Assembly: GCA_964252035.1 (NCBI GenBank)
Contig: CAXUOO010000178.1
Source of the DNA: Podarcis erhardii
Taxonomy: Eukaryota
Strand: one strand, 5' to 3'
DNA length: 61,777 nucleotides
Shown here: piece after piece, positions 1 through 12,241 of the stretch
Numbering within the stretch: the stretch's first letter is position 1
How the letters are laid out: each line of letters opens with the position of its first letter
Notes under the pieces: model-generated
Database searches by the model: none
What the model saw: the letters and a program-made list of their open reading frames with translations, nothing else
Told to the model about the DNA's origin: nothing
Position numbers and translations under genes: made by a program

Positions 1-9
1 TGCTTGCAG

Positions 10-3000
10 GCGTGAGAGACCAGCTGCAGATGCTGCGCTGCAGTCGTCAGCATAAAAATCAGCAGAAACACTCGCTTTACGAGCAACAACAGCAGCGTCG
101 CTTGGAGGAATGGGACTGGCGAGTTGCGCAGCAGCAGTTGCAGCACGCTTTGAGCGCTGTTCTCGACAATGCAGTGGAGCGTGTTTCGGCTGCTTTGCAG
201 CAACTGGTGATGTCGCGGCTGCAGCTTGCGCAGCGATCGACGAGCAGAAGTTCACCGCAGACAACTACTGAGTCTGAGCAGACAAGAAATCATCAGTTCC
301 GAAATTTGAGAGACTTGTCAGACGGGCACACCAGCAGAATGGAAAGCACTTTCTTGTTCCTCACCGAAGACGTTGCAGTCGCTCCGGTTGTTGACGCAGC
401 AGCAGCTGCCAAAGATGCCGAAGCAGGTGCAGATTTCTGCAAATTCTCCACATCCGCAGGAGCTGCGCCGCGACTTGTCGGAGAAGCAGCAACTGGCCTA
501 GACGAGCGATATTTGAGAGGACTTCTGCTGTTGGTGCAGGAAATGCGTAGGAGAAATGCAAAGCGCGCTTATCTTTGCGTCGAAGCTTTCGAAGCGGATG
601 TGTTACTGTTGCTGCTCGTGTTGCAGCGCATGTTCGCTAATGTCCGGAGCCCTGGAAGCAACATTAGCGGAGAAAGTAGTAGAACCAGCGAAGCGGAAAA
701 CGCTGTAAAAGGGGCGACAACAACAGTGTTCCAGACGGAACCTTTCGTACGTGCTGAAGCTGCTGCGGCTGTGCTGTCTGCGCAGTGTGACAAACAGCAA
801 GGCTACAGTAGAGAGCACCAGCAAACTGCAACAGTTGCTTCACTCACTGAAGCGGCCGTTCGTGTTTGGCAACTTTCCACAGGGAGAACACGGCAGCTAA
901 TTTTTGGCGGACCTGCGATGGAGCGTCTAGAGCAGCAGCGTTCCATCTTCCGTTTCCTCTTCTTGCGAGAACTACTGCGTCGAGCTTCTGCACACCAGCA
1001 CCAGATACAACAGCAGAATCAAGTTCCAGAAAATCCATCTGTTTTGCAGTCAAAAGGCACGAGAGTTGATAATCGTATTCGACTGGTGTCTCGCAGGTGC
1101 GTGCGTACGCTCCCTTTACGATGCATCATCTGGTGATGCTTTTTTCGTATACATACATGTGGAACAGTGAACTTATGAGCGGTTGGTTGCGTACGCGTGT
1201 TTTGACATGCGGCATGCACAGAAAAAAGCTACTACTCTTCTCCTTTTTGTTCCTCCAAGATTTCTTCTGAAACACTTCTTTGTGACGCACTTCCTTGAAC
1301 ACTTTTGTGTGCATATACGTTTGTACTATCCTTCATTTTGCCTTTCTGGGTTTTTTTTCTATGTCTTTTCTTCTCAGTCGATTTGGTATTTATTTGTCTA
1401 TCCATTAAGTTTCCTGGGTAACTTTACGTACTAACAACACACTACTGATGTCTCCCACCTTAGACCTACTAGAGAGTGTCTCATACGTGTATTTATCAGC
1501 TGCATGCAAGGAATAAAACTGTTTTTCGTTGCCGCTTGCGACTGCCTACATGTTCGCCCATGCCTATATAATTGCAGACTCGCATTCAAGTTTCCGGTAG
1601 CTACTTTTTGCTGCTTTTTAGACTGGAGCTGCCGCTTTCGTTGTTGGCGCCACCGATACAGACAAGAATGCAGAACCTGCTTAAAGGAAAAAGAAAGGCA
1701 GCAGCTGCGGCTGCTTCTAGATGCTTCAGTACAGAAGCAGCGGCCGTATCATGCGAACAACGTGCGCCAACTTACTACCCTTACTGCGCTGCACCTCATC
1801 ATCAAAGCAGCGAGATCGCAGCTACTGCTGCTCGCTTCTCAGCTAATTCTGCTTCTGTGGAAACGATAGGAGGACGTGGAATAGTCTCATCGAGGCAAAG
1901 CGATGAAACCGAGCCAACAAGGTGCTGTTCATCAGTCAGTCCTGATGACAGCCGTGAAACAGGTGCTGAAGTGAACTCTCCTTATGCTGTTGGTGCTGCT
2001 GATTCTGCAGCTGAAATTTCCTCTTTGAGATCTTTTTCCGCACCAGCAGGAACCGTGATTTCCACAGCAGAAGGAACGGTCGATAATATGTCTGATCACA
2101 CACTATCACCAAATGACAGTATTCTTCCTTCGGGGTCTGAGATGGAGAAACGACCAGAAAGCACCAGGATGAGGAAGGGCAGTAGGAACAGCCGTGTTTA
2201 CTCGTCTTTACAAAACGGAAAGCAGCGATTGGAAGGCAATGAAGAATTCAGCGCAAGCAGCATGGAGAGTGAATTGGTTGCTGGTTTACAGCATTCTACT
2301 CCATTTCCGCCAGGAATACCGCATACCAGCCTCACCTGCGGTGACTGTGAATCCCCCCCCCGCCCCGCAGTTGATGTAACAGCACAATCGGAAGCGATTT
2401 CTCTTGATATGATCCCCGACATAGACGCAATACAGAGCACTTTTGCTGAGCGAGTGCGGACATCGACAGCGTTGAAAGAGCTGTTGCTGTACGTAGAAAA
2501 AGCTTACACTTACTGCACGGAGATTATTCGAAAATATCAATTGCTGTTGCAGAGAAAATACTTTCTTTCTGTGCAGTTGCAGGCTCTGCTTTTTCTTACC
2601 GCTGCTGTCTCGCATGCAGTGGTTCACGGGCATCATCGCGCAGCAGCAACTCTCGCCTCTTCCTCAAATTCACTGTTTGCTGGTGCCGCTGCTTTCCACT
2701 CGTTGCGTGACGCGACCGCGGCTGCGTGTGCTGAAACTGGTGTTGCTACAACTGTTGCTGACGACGTAGCAGCGTTTGGCGGTTCTGTAATTGAAACTGA
2801 GGTGTTTTTTGGCAAGGAAAAGCAGAGTCATTTTATTCCTTCAGATAACGCAACGCAGAACGGAGGTAACGGAGGAACAACACATGCATTACCGCACGGA
2901 GTAGACGACAAAAAATCAGAAGGGCCCACCAGCGCTGACGTTGGAGCGGAGGTGCACTGCTTATCTGCGAGACGAGCACAGCCTGCGCCGAGGCAAACTT

Positions 3001-4302
3001 TTCATGAGAGCAATGCCAGCTGCACGCAAAAGAAGGATGGCAGTAGGAAACGGAGTTCTGCGTCATTCACAGCTGTTCCTGTAGAAGATGTTGAGGACTC
3101 CTGCATGAGCGAGGCATTTTCCAAAGCTTCTTTGAAGCCCTCGCTTTTCCGTGATCCAATTTCTTCTTCCGAGAAATCCTTTTCAACAAATACAGTTTCC
3201 GACTCACTTTCTGCGCCGCCTGACGATATGTGTCATCATGTTCTTGAAGGTGCTGCTGCGGATCACATCAATTCTTCAAGCGTTTCATTTGACGCAAATA
3301 ATGACTGTGTCTCTCCCGCTCCTGCTGCTGCTGCGTTCCTACCTCGCTGGATTGATGATTTGCCGTCTGTCATGTTCGGAGTAGCCTCCTTGTTCTTCGA
3401 ACCTTCTGCGCTGCTGACGCTACCGCGGGCCGCGTGCATGTTTGAGTGTGAAAATCCACTAGCAGCAGCTGAAGCACCGAATCCAATTGGGCTGCAACAA
3501 GCACAGCTGAGAAAATGTCACAATCCTAGCGGCACGTTATACGCAGGGTGTGAGGAGGACAAAATGAGTCTGGTCGCTGCGCCTCAACAGATACATGAAG
3601 GCAAGCGCTCTTGTGCCAATGAAAATATGCAGAAGAGCAGGAATGACAGTCGTTGGAGAATTCAGGAGAAACAATCACGCACTCGGGCGCAGCCGGCATT
3701 TGATGCGGATACCGAGACGAGGAGATTAACAGAGTGTGCACGAACTGTGAGTGTCCGGAACAACGTGTTATCACCGAGCGAATCAGCGTTGCCAGCAAGT
3801 ATTTGTGCATTTAAAAGGCAGCGGTCATTCAGCAGATTTTTATGAGAAAAGCAGCCTTGTCGGATTTCCGTGTGTGTCTGAACAGAAAGTAAGAGCGGGC
3901 TTGGAAGATTGCTGCCACGCCAACGAGAATAAGAAAACAAAGTGTCCAATCTGCGTGCCCGCGGCAGAGCGCGGAACAGAGACACGCTGTTTCGTATGCA
4001 TGGAAGCAGCGGGAGAAGTGACAGACGGTTTCGCCTGCTTAGAGGAAGTGGCCCAGGAGTGGGTTTTGGCGCACGCGCATACGTCGGCGGCAAGGCTGAC
4101 CCGGGTAGAGTTTCTGTCACGCTGGGTGCAAGCTGAAGTAAAAGGACGTGAAAACGAAAGGAAAAGACTCTGCGGTGAGGATAAATTATCGCTTGAGAAA
4201 GAAATACCCTCAGCTCGTGGCGAGGCGCCACGATTCTCTGAGAAGCGTGATGGAATTCTTCAGAAACTTCTGTATGTGCTAAGCGCCGTGAGCGCCATGT
4301 AA
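10..4302 (+). CDS. Large hypothetical protein (5'-truncated, >1200 aa); N-terminal coiled-coil-like Q/L/E region, long S/A-rich linker, C-terminal Cys cluster
   Basis: Three long ORFs join in consistent phase through canonical sites. Exon ~10-1096 (acceptor ttgcag at 4-9; donor AG|GTGCGT, phase 2), exon 1622-3746 (acceptor ttttag|A; donor ACT|GTGAGT, phase 0), exon 3886-4302 (acceptor gaacag|AAA; stop TAA). No family recognised. Confidence 0.65.
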
Positions 4303-7139
4303 AGCTGACAAGAGACAAACAATGTAATGTAGAATGACCGGAAGTGACGTCCACAACCGTCACACGTGTACTAGTCGACCCAAGTATATGAAAGTGCAGA
4401 CATAAATATATCCAAGTTTGTGAGGCATATAACTGAGCGTACAGGTGGGACTAAACATATTCAAATTTATGTTTTTCTAGGGCTCTACTGGCGGAACATC
4501 AACGTTGTTCAATATACCTCTATCTGAAGAGAGAGAGAGAGGGCAGATGGAATTATCTAAACCGTCGCAATGTACGCTTGTACATTCTAAATGAATATCT
4601 TGCATGGTACAGTTGTGTAGAAATTATCTGCGTGGGAAAAATCGTTTCAATGGGTATAATTGCACATTGCTTACGGAAAATTCAAGAAAGATGTGCGCAG
4701 GCAAACTCAAAGGGTTTTCGCTTCAGCTCTCTTCGTTGTCATGAACTTTTGTCAAACGGCAGCCTTCTGATGCGTTTCTCTCGAATTGTTAACTGTGGCG
4801 GTTTGGAGACTTCAACAAATGCAAATTCATCAAGGTGCGCTGCCTTTTTCTATCTTTCATAAAGGAAGATAATTTTTCGCATGGCCGACAGTGTATGCTA
4901 TTTGTAATTTTAAAAGGCGTTTTAGTCCTTGTGTGATAATTTGACTGAGGCCATCGATCAACTCTGTTTCAACGGCTCTGCGACAATAATTCCTTCATGA
5001 CTTTTCATGTACGTACATATGCATTGCAGAAAAATAATGTATGTTCTGTTCAACGGTCAGCAGTGTTGAGTTTGTCAATAGCTGCAACAGGGCTGCCTTT
5101 CAGGTTTGTTCTCCATTTTATGTTTCTCCCCAGTGTCACGCTATACGTACACCAGATCCGCGTGTACACAGACGTATACGTATGTAGTTTTACTATATAA
5201 TAATCAATCAGTGCATTTCATCACACATAATTACCCGCATACTACATCCATCTACAAAAATACTGCTCTAAGTCCTCTAGGCTGGAAGCTCTCTTCTTGC
5301 TGTAATAGTGTATATACTTCTAGGTCAGCACAAGTTTTGGAAAAATCGAATTTTTGGTTTCAAGCTTCACGAGTCCTTCACTGAGAGCTTTATGTTTTTG
5401 ATATCTAGCTCACAATGCGTTGCATATCTGCTTTTGCGCGCGGCGTCGGGCGGTTTTTAAGACACTCTGGCCGTTCTTTCTAGAACAACGATTCAGGACT
5501 GATTGAGACTAGTAAGAAATTCTCTGGGTGTTGAAAGAAGAACTTTGGAGGTGCAGTCTTAATCACATTTACACATAAATCATGCTGACACCTTATATGT
5601 ATTCTAAGAAAATCGAAGCATTCAAGCCGTCGATAAGCTTTAGAAAAATTTTTGGGATATATAGATTCCGGTTGATGAAATGAGAGAATATGACGCTGTT
5701 GTATGCGTCGAAGGAAGACAGGTGTTATAAAGCATTGCGTCTTGTCTTGCACAGTTTTGAACGCGGATGTCAGCTATAAACGCATGTCCACATTACTTTT
5801 TCACGACGGCAAATGCGGTCAAACTCTGTGACATACGTCTTGCACATTTTGTTAATGGTTGAAGACCAGCAGCAAGCACATGCCAAGTTATATAGCCAGA
5901 CCCTTTGTTTAACTCGTAAACAAAGCAGTATTTTCTCTGAATATACCTACAGAAGTATCATCCTGACGCTACGAGCCCATCGTGGAGCGGTATTGCGTTT
6001 CAGAATCCGATATAGCTGCTAGTATGTACATCAACTTTTTCGTATAGCTTCTCAAATACTACCTTTGCAAGTCTGTTTTGGCCAAGCTATAGATGCTTTA
6101 CTAAATTTGTGAACGCAGATGTGAATATACGTTCGATCATACACTCGGAAAAAAAAGTCGACGAAGCCTATGCCTATACTTGCATGAAATACACATGATC
6201 ATGTAAATCAAAAACGAATAATATTATGGGAAACTCCGTATCGTGCGCTGATGCTACAGACGGAACCGAAAACAACAGTTATTGACTAGTTTAGCACAAG
6301 TTTACGTATGGAACAATGGCGACCGCGTGTCAACGCCTCTTTGTCACATTGAGCCTTGATACATAATTTACTCTCTAAATTTGCAAAATTGGGTATCTTA
6401 CATTTGCTTTTTACAACGACATACATATGGATATGAATGTCTTACCTTATTTTGTATTTAGAAGTGAGTAGGGACGCATTATGAAACGTGACATTTGGAT
6501 TAGGCCGTGTCGCGCAGATAAAAATAAAAAAATGTATTGTCCGATAACGTAGCGTGGTGAAAGAAAATTTCTGTGAGTTTTATTCAAGAGCAGTCTTTAC
6601 CCGCGTACCAAGCTTTTATATCTGCGTAAACTCGAGTTTTATAAGGTTGGGCTGGCTTGCACTTCTCAGAATTTGATGACGTAAAAATATGAAGTCACAT
6701 TGTCAGCAGCATACGTTCCAAGATTGGACTGCAATCCTGATGTGCAACTTGTGAAGGTCTATACGTGTATGACACACGTAAAAAAAGTTAACATGGATGA
6801 TAACCAAGGGGATTGAAAATCAATGAGCATGACGTCATATTCGTATTTAATACTATGAATATATAGAATCCCTTGTTGACGTAGACACTATATCTACGTA
6901 CAACGTGATAATCACTACTCATTAACTATCAGAAAAAAATTGAAAATCGCGACTATTATTTATTGTAGAAGACGAAACAGCATAGCACACAAACAGTCAA
7001 CCAACATTAGTGACAACCAAGCAGCAGATTTGTGTGAATGTTGTGGCTTCCGCGTGGTTGCTGTTGTTGCTTCACTCCAGTCCTTGAAAACTTTGGCTAC
7101 TATTTTATAGTGTGTTACCCTAAGCCTTGCACATTAAGA

Positions 7140-9840
7140 AGATGAGTGAACTGAGGGCAGTATAAAGGAGACAGAAGTAGATCATGCATCACCGAAATCC
7201 CCATGAAACATGCCGCCCTCTCATTACGTCGAATCGGTATAGCGCAGGTATGCGAAAACAAAAAGCCTGAGTCTGCTTCATGGTACGGATTGTGAGACAT
7301 TCGCTATCAACAGGATTGACGGGAATATTTCCTCTACAGCAGAATGAGAATTTCACTTCGTCAGAGCTTCGTAAGTGAAGTACCTGCTGTTAATTGTTTG
7401 ATAGTGTACTTCGTAGTGCAAATGAAGGGGAAGCTGTTTACATAGGCGGGCAGAACTATGAAAAAGACGCGCATCGTTGTTTGTAGTAACCTCGACATTC
7501 TCTCCCGCTCGTCAGCATCAGGACTCTTCACCAAATATACTCCTCTTTATACAACAAATTCACACGTGCAGCAAATTTATGAGCTATATCGACTGTTTTA
7601 ACAGCGCATCATCGGCGTTTAATAAAGTTGTACTGGAGCTTCCATTATGCAGCAATGGCAAGTTGGTCTTGACATGATACCTGAAGAAACTATTTGGTCC
7701 ATCCTGACTTGGTGGAAAGTTCCTCAAATTAAAAAAAGGAGTTTTAGCTCACAAAAACTTCTTTTTCAAAAAAAGGACCTGTCCTATGTGCGGAAAGAAC
7801 GTCTCAAACAGAGAGTTTCAAGTGAACACATTGAAGCGAAATCGAATTTGGTGTTTCCCCACGTTCTGAGCCTTACTAGTACAAAGGTTGTGTGGGAAAG
7901 AAATCGCTGCATGACACCCTTTAGAAGATAAAACAAATCAGGTAAAAGTCACTCGTACGCATCTTCAGACGATTGCTATTTTGAAAAGGTAGGCCTGGAC
8001 CTGCATTAGCTCGGTTTACGTTATTTTCACAACATAGAAGTAAATTTTTCTTGGTCACGGAGGTAATGTCGAATAAGCATACCTCACGCAATGTCCAGTA
8101 ACGAAATTACAGCATATGAGAGCGTATGGCGGCTGATTTGACATCAAAAACTGGGTCATAGCGCGTTCCTACGTTTTCTGAGCTTCTGTTCAAAGTACCC
8201 TTGCAGAAAACGTTTGAACTAAAACTACCAACTTTGATTCATCTCTGAACTATTGAGATATGTGACTTTCTCGACCTGAACAGGTTACCAGATCTTAAAC
8301 TCATATAATCACGTCCTGAATATCATTCATTAAGGCTAAGTCAGATCATTATGCGCTCTCGCAGGGTGTCCAGACAAGATTCAAAAACTTTGTGCATAGG
8401 CTTGTGCGCTCGAAATAGCATAACTTTGAAAAGTTTTCTGTAGGTGAGGCTCCAAGAAATTTTTTTGTAGGTGAGGCCTCGTTAACTTGCTTTTCATTTT
8501 CTTCCATAAAGATAGAATGAGTTATGTGTGCAGCGCCGTCAACGTCCGTAGCGGCGTGCACGGCCGTTCATATCTTTCACTAGTCCTTCAAAATTTTCTC
8601 ATTAAACAGGAAAAAAGACATCATCCGCGACAGGCACCAACTGTGGAGCAAAAAAATGTGCGAAGCTGTATATTCAAAAGGTTACAAAACAACGTAAATT
8701 TTTCAGAGCAACGTGTGAATACACTGCAAAGGTCTGAGTTCTGGTGAAAAAAAAAGGTTGAAAAGAGGATAGTTTGAGAATCAAGAAAAATTGCGCACTA
8801 GCAACTGAATGCGATACGCTCGACGCTGCTGCTAACGGGCAAATTAATTACTGGTAAACACTTGGCTCGAAATTGCTCAAATACAATACTTGATCTACGA
8901 ATGATGCAAAATCTAGGTCGTGTTTTACAAATCTACATATCTTTGCTCGTATAACTACATTTCACCTGCTTTTTGGAGAATTAAGAAATCTAGAAATTTT
9001 AGCAGCGGTGTCTATATATTGGTACGGCAATTATTTCATGGCGATATTACTCTGAAAAACGACGACGAATCAGTACTGCGGCTCCGCACCTCAGCTCCAA
9101 CGCCTTGTGGAGATGCACACACAATCTAAACATGGAAGATCTGTAAGTGTTATAGTCAATGGAGATTCTGACATCAGCTGTACAAGGAAGGGCGTTTCAC
9201 CGGCTGTCTCTCTTCAATGTGTCTTGGCAAGTGCAACAAAAAAGCTTTTATCGCCACCCAAATACAAATGATAACATTCACACTCACAAAATATTCCGAT
9301 GACAGCGCTCCGCCTACTCAATCACATGCAAACAACTTCAAGGAAAATGTGAAATTCTACTTTAAGCAAAGGTCTTGCCAATAAAAAAACTGTACGTGAT
9401 TGAGTACGACACGACTACAGAATCGCCACAGCAGGAAGACAGAGGATCTGTTGATAGTTCGCGCAAAATCAGCAAACGGACAACGGTTACATAAAGGACA
9501 AACCTACCAACCCTAGCACAAATATATATATTTGTATGTAGTCAAGACTTAGGATAGCAACAACTCAACTGTGCCTAGTCAACGACGCCTTGCAACAGCA
9601 TTTATGGATATTTAGTAGCTGTCAGCGCCAGAACTAATGCTGTTATTGGGAGCGCGGCTGGCTGATGGCGCTGCTGGCTTTGCGAATGCTGCTGATATTG
9701 CGAGAGCTGCTGCCGAGTCTGGGAAAATATCACCCCAAGGTGCTTGCACTAACACACGCATGATTGCTACTCCAATCTAAGAAAGTATCGTTGTGCTCAT
9801 CGCTCTTCATCTGATCCTTGGAGTGTTCATTAGTCACTTT
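7140..9840. other. Probable fragmented multi-exon gene, structure and strand unresolved
   Basis: No long ORF, but several short open segments are bounded by splice-like signals. Plus-strand examples: KKDIIRDRHQLWSKKMCEAVYSKGYKT (~8591-8692), QRCLYIGTAIISWRYYSEKRRR...NMEDL|GTAAGT (~9003-9142), LSAPELMLLLGARLADG...SPQ (~9619-9739). Antisense frames are often open too, so this is weak. Confidence 0.3.
8434..8480. repeat. Short tandem duplication, period 27 bp
   Basis: gtaggtgaggc at 8440 and 8467, each preceded by a T-run. Confidence 0.6.
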
Positions 9841-10308
9841 CCGTGATGAGTTTTTGGAGCAGATGTATACAATTCAAAGTTAACCGGAACAGAGCTTTCG
9901 TTTGTCAACGCTCTGTATAGAGGATCGGAACCTAGCGCGATATCGTATTTTGGTGAGGAAAAAAGCTGTGAGTGAGACAAAGAGTTGACCAGAGAGACGA
10001 ACCCCTCAGTGCGGCTGCAAATTATCACCATAAAAAGCGCATCAACACGCTGGTCACACCAGCCAGAACAAGCTCAAATAGCCACCATATATGCACGCTG
10101 TTAGAGCCAGGTAATACAGAAAATATATAATTCGCTCTTTACAGAATGCTGTCAGTCCCTTGATGCTTCCCGGTTGGCGCTATTTCTGCCGCCAGTACGA
10201 ATGTCGCTCTTTCAGTTGACTTTACTGTTAAAGAAGCGGGTATTGCTGCTAGCAGTTATCCTGCCTCCATCCATCAGTCATTTTCCTGATGACCGCACGA
10301 AAGCCGTT

Positions 10309-12241
10309 TCAAAATCTGTACTTGTCTTGTCTGAGAAGTGCAGAACGAAGAAAATACAGCCCACAGCACAAAACTTTTGCACTTTCTACTGTAATCCACG
10401 CTGCAAGTTTGACCGTTCAAGGCATGGCATAAGGCATTCGTTGCTGCTACGCATGATATATGTTTCCATGCCATCAACGAATACTATCAAGATTAATCGT
10501 ACATATTGAACAAAAAGGCAATATCATATAGCACCGTCTTTGACAGCAGTCTATTTCTGAGCACCTACAATCTGCCTTGGTGAAATGATATTCTAGTGAA
10601 CAGAAACTCATAAAAGCTATCTCATACGCCGAAAGCAGCATATTTCTGAGCCTCCCTATCGCTACCATGCACACGTAGTTGATTATACGAACAAATATAA
10701 AAACAAAAAGGGGGAAAAATATAAGCGAGAGAGTGTACGACACTTACACTGGGAAACCGATTACCGGTGAATCGACACATTCAAATTGTACACATTTACC
10801 TGAGAGCTCGGCAGAAGATGGAAGCCGGCGCACTCACAACTCCGCCGATACCTCCCATAATAAAAAGCTGACAATAAACTAAAGACGAGATCAATGAATG
10901 CAGCAACACAATGACCGTCTATTCGAAGCACAGACACCATGAAGCAGCGATAGCACAAGTGCCACAAGCATATGCTGAAGCACCACCTCCACACAAAGTA
11001 AAGTTCGAAGAAGAAGCAGTAGCTACTCTTTAAACGAAACAACGCTGTTCCAGAAAAAAATAACTTCAACAGTATGCTAAGTAGAAGACTTACAGAGGCT
11101 TGAAGGGAAGACGAGTGGCAACAGGGTCGTATTCAGCTACAAGGTTGGTGATGTAACCAGCTGCAAGCTGCTCATCCAACTCTCTCAGAAAAAGCTCTTG
11201 TTTCTCGGCGTAGCGCAGCCTTGACTGCAATGCCACAGATTCGGTGTCGAAGAAGTACAGTTTTACACCGCGGTACACGTAGTAGCAACCATATGCACAC
11301 ACCCCTGAACCAGTAACACAACGACATGGAGATATACGTCTACGAAGAACTATGAACATCTATAAATCATTTGAGATAATACAACTATTCAAAGATCGCT
11401 TCAATAGAAAACCGTACTAGCAGGGACACAGATGCGATAACTCTATAATTTGAAGGGGTCAATATACATGATTTTCGTGTCATAAAGTACGCCCTTCACC
11501 CGCATTTGTAGTTACTAGTTACATATAGTAGTGTAACACATGCTCTTTTCGTTATACGAAGACACCGATACAGCTCTGAAATCATATTAGTTACTTATAA
11601 GCTTTAAGCTTGAGTCACTGATTCTCGTAAGCACCTTGGCAGGAATTTTTCCTACAATGATGACGGAGAATAGCAAGGTGGTGAAAGGAGAGATGTGGTA
11701 CAACGCGTAAACGCACGTGCATGAGTGATTTGGTAGACAAATGCATGTCGGTGCAGGCCTACATCAACATCAAAAAATGGGTGCATACTGCCTCTGCACG
11801 AATATGCTGTGTATACTTAAGCTGGATAGTTAAGCAGAGGGAGAAGTTGCTTATGCCATGCCACACACGGCATACCCTATTTCAGAGATTCGCGCATACA
11901 AGTATAGAAACGCAAGTGGGAGATAGACAACGCCAGTTGAACTACATATGAAGAAGAATATACAAGTGCCCTACTTTAAGTGTTATAATACATACACATT
12001 CAACTGCAAACATAGACAAGCCTCCATATTTAACTATAGAGTGCAAGCAGTAGAAGCATATGTGCCAGTTCGCCTTCTTATACGTAATATAAGAAAATAA
12101 TTTAGGAATTCACAGACCTGCCGCTGCTCCAAAGAGAAGAGAATGAGAAACGCTTGGTCCACGCAAAGCTCGCGCCGCCCAACCTTTCATCTGCTGTGCT
12201 GCGCGTGTCCCCCGAGAAGTAGCAGCAGCAGCAGCAGCCAT
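10309..12241 (-). CDS. ATPTG15: Mitochondrial ATP synthase apicomplexan-specific subunit, ortholog of Toxoplasma ATPTG15 (118 aa, 3 exons)
   Basis: Exons 12241-12118 (MAAAAAATSRG...ALRGPSVSHSLLFGAAA G|GT), 11304-11094 (GVCAYGCYYVYRGVKLYFFDTESVALQSRLRYAEKQELFLRELDEQLAAGYITNLVAEYDPVATRLPFKP CT|GTAAGT) and 10330-10309 (ctcag|A CAA GAC AAG TAC AGA TTT TGA = LQDKYRF*). All phases match, total 357 nt. Matches my recollection of T. gondii ATPTG15 (...KGPSVPHSILFG...FFDTESVALQSRLRYAEKQ...VAEYDPVATRLPFQPMQDRYRV). The subunit number is from memory. Confidence 0.88.

Noticed and set aside
7115-7300. HNPYH motif resembling a phosphodiesterase catalytic domain
   Set aside because: Lacks the following N..HAADV and HDxDH motifs in the correct order.
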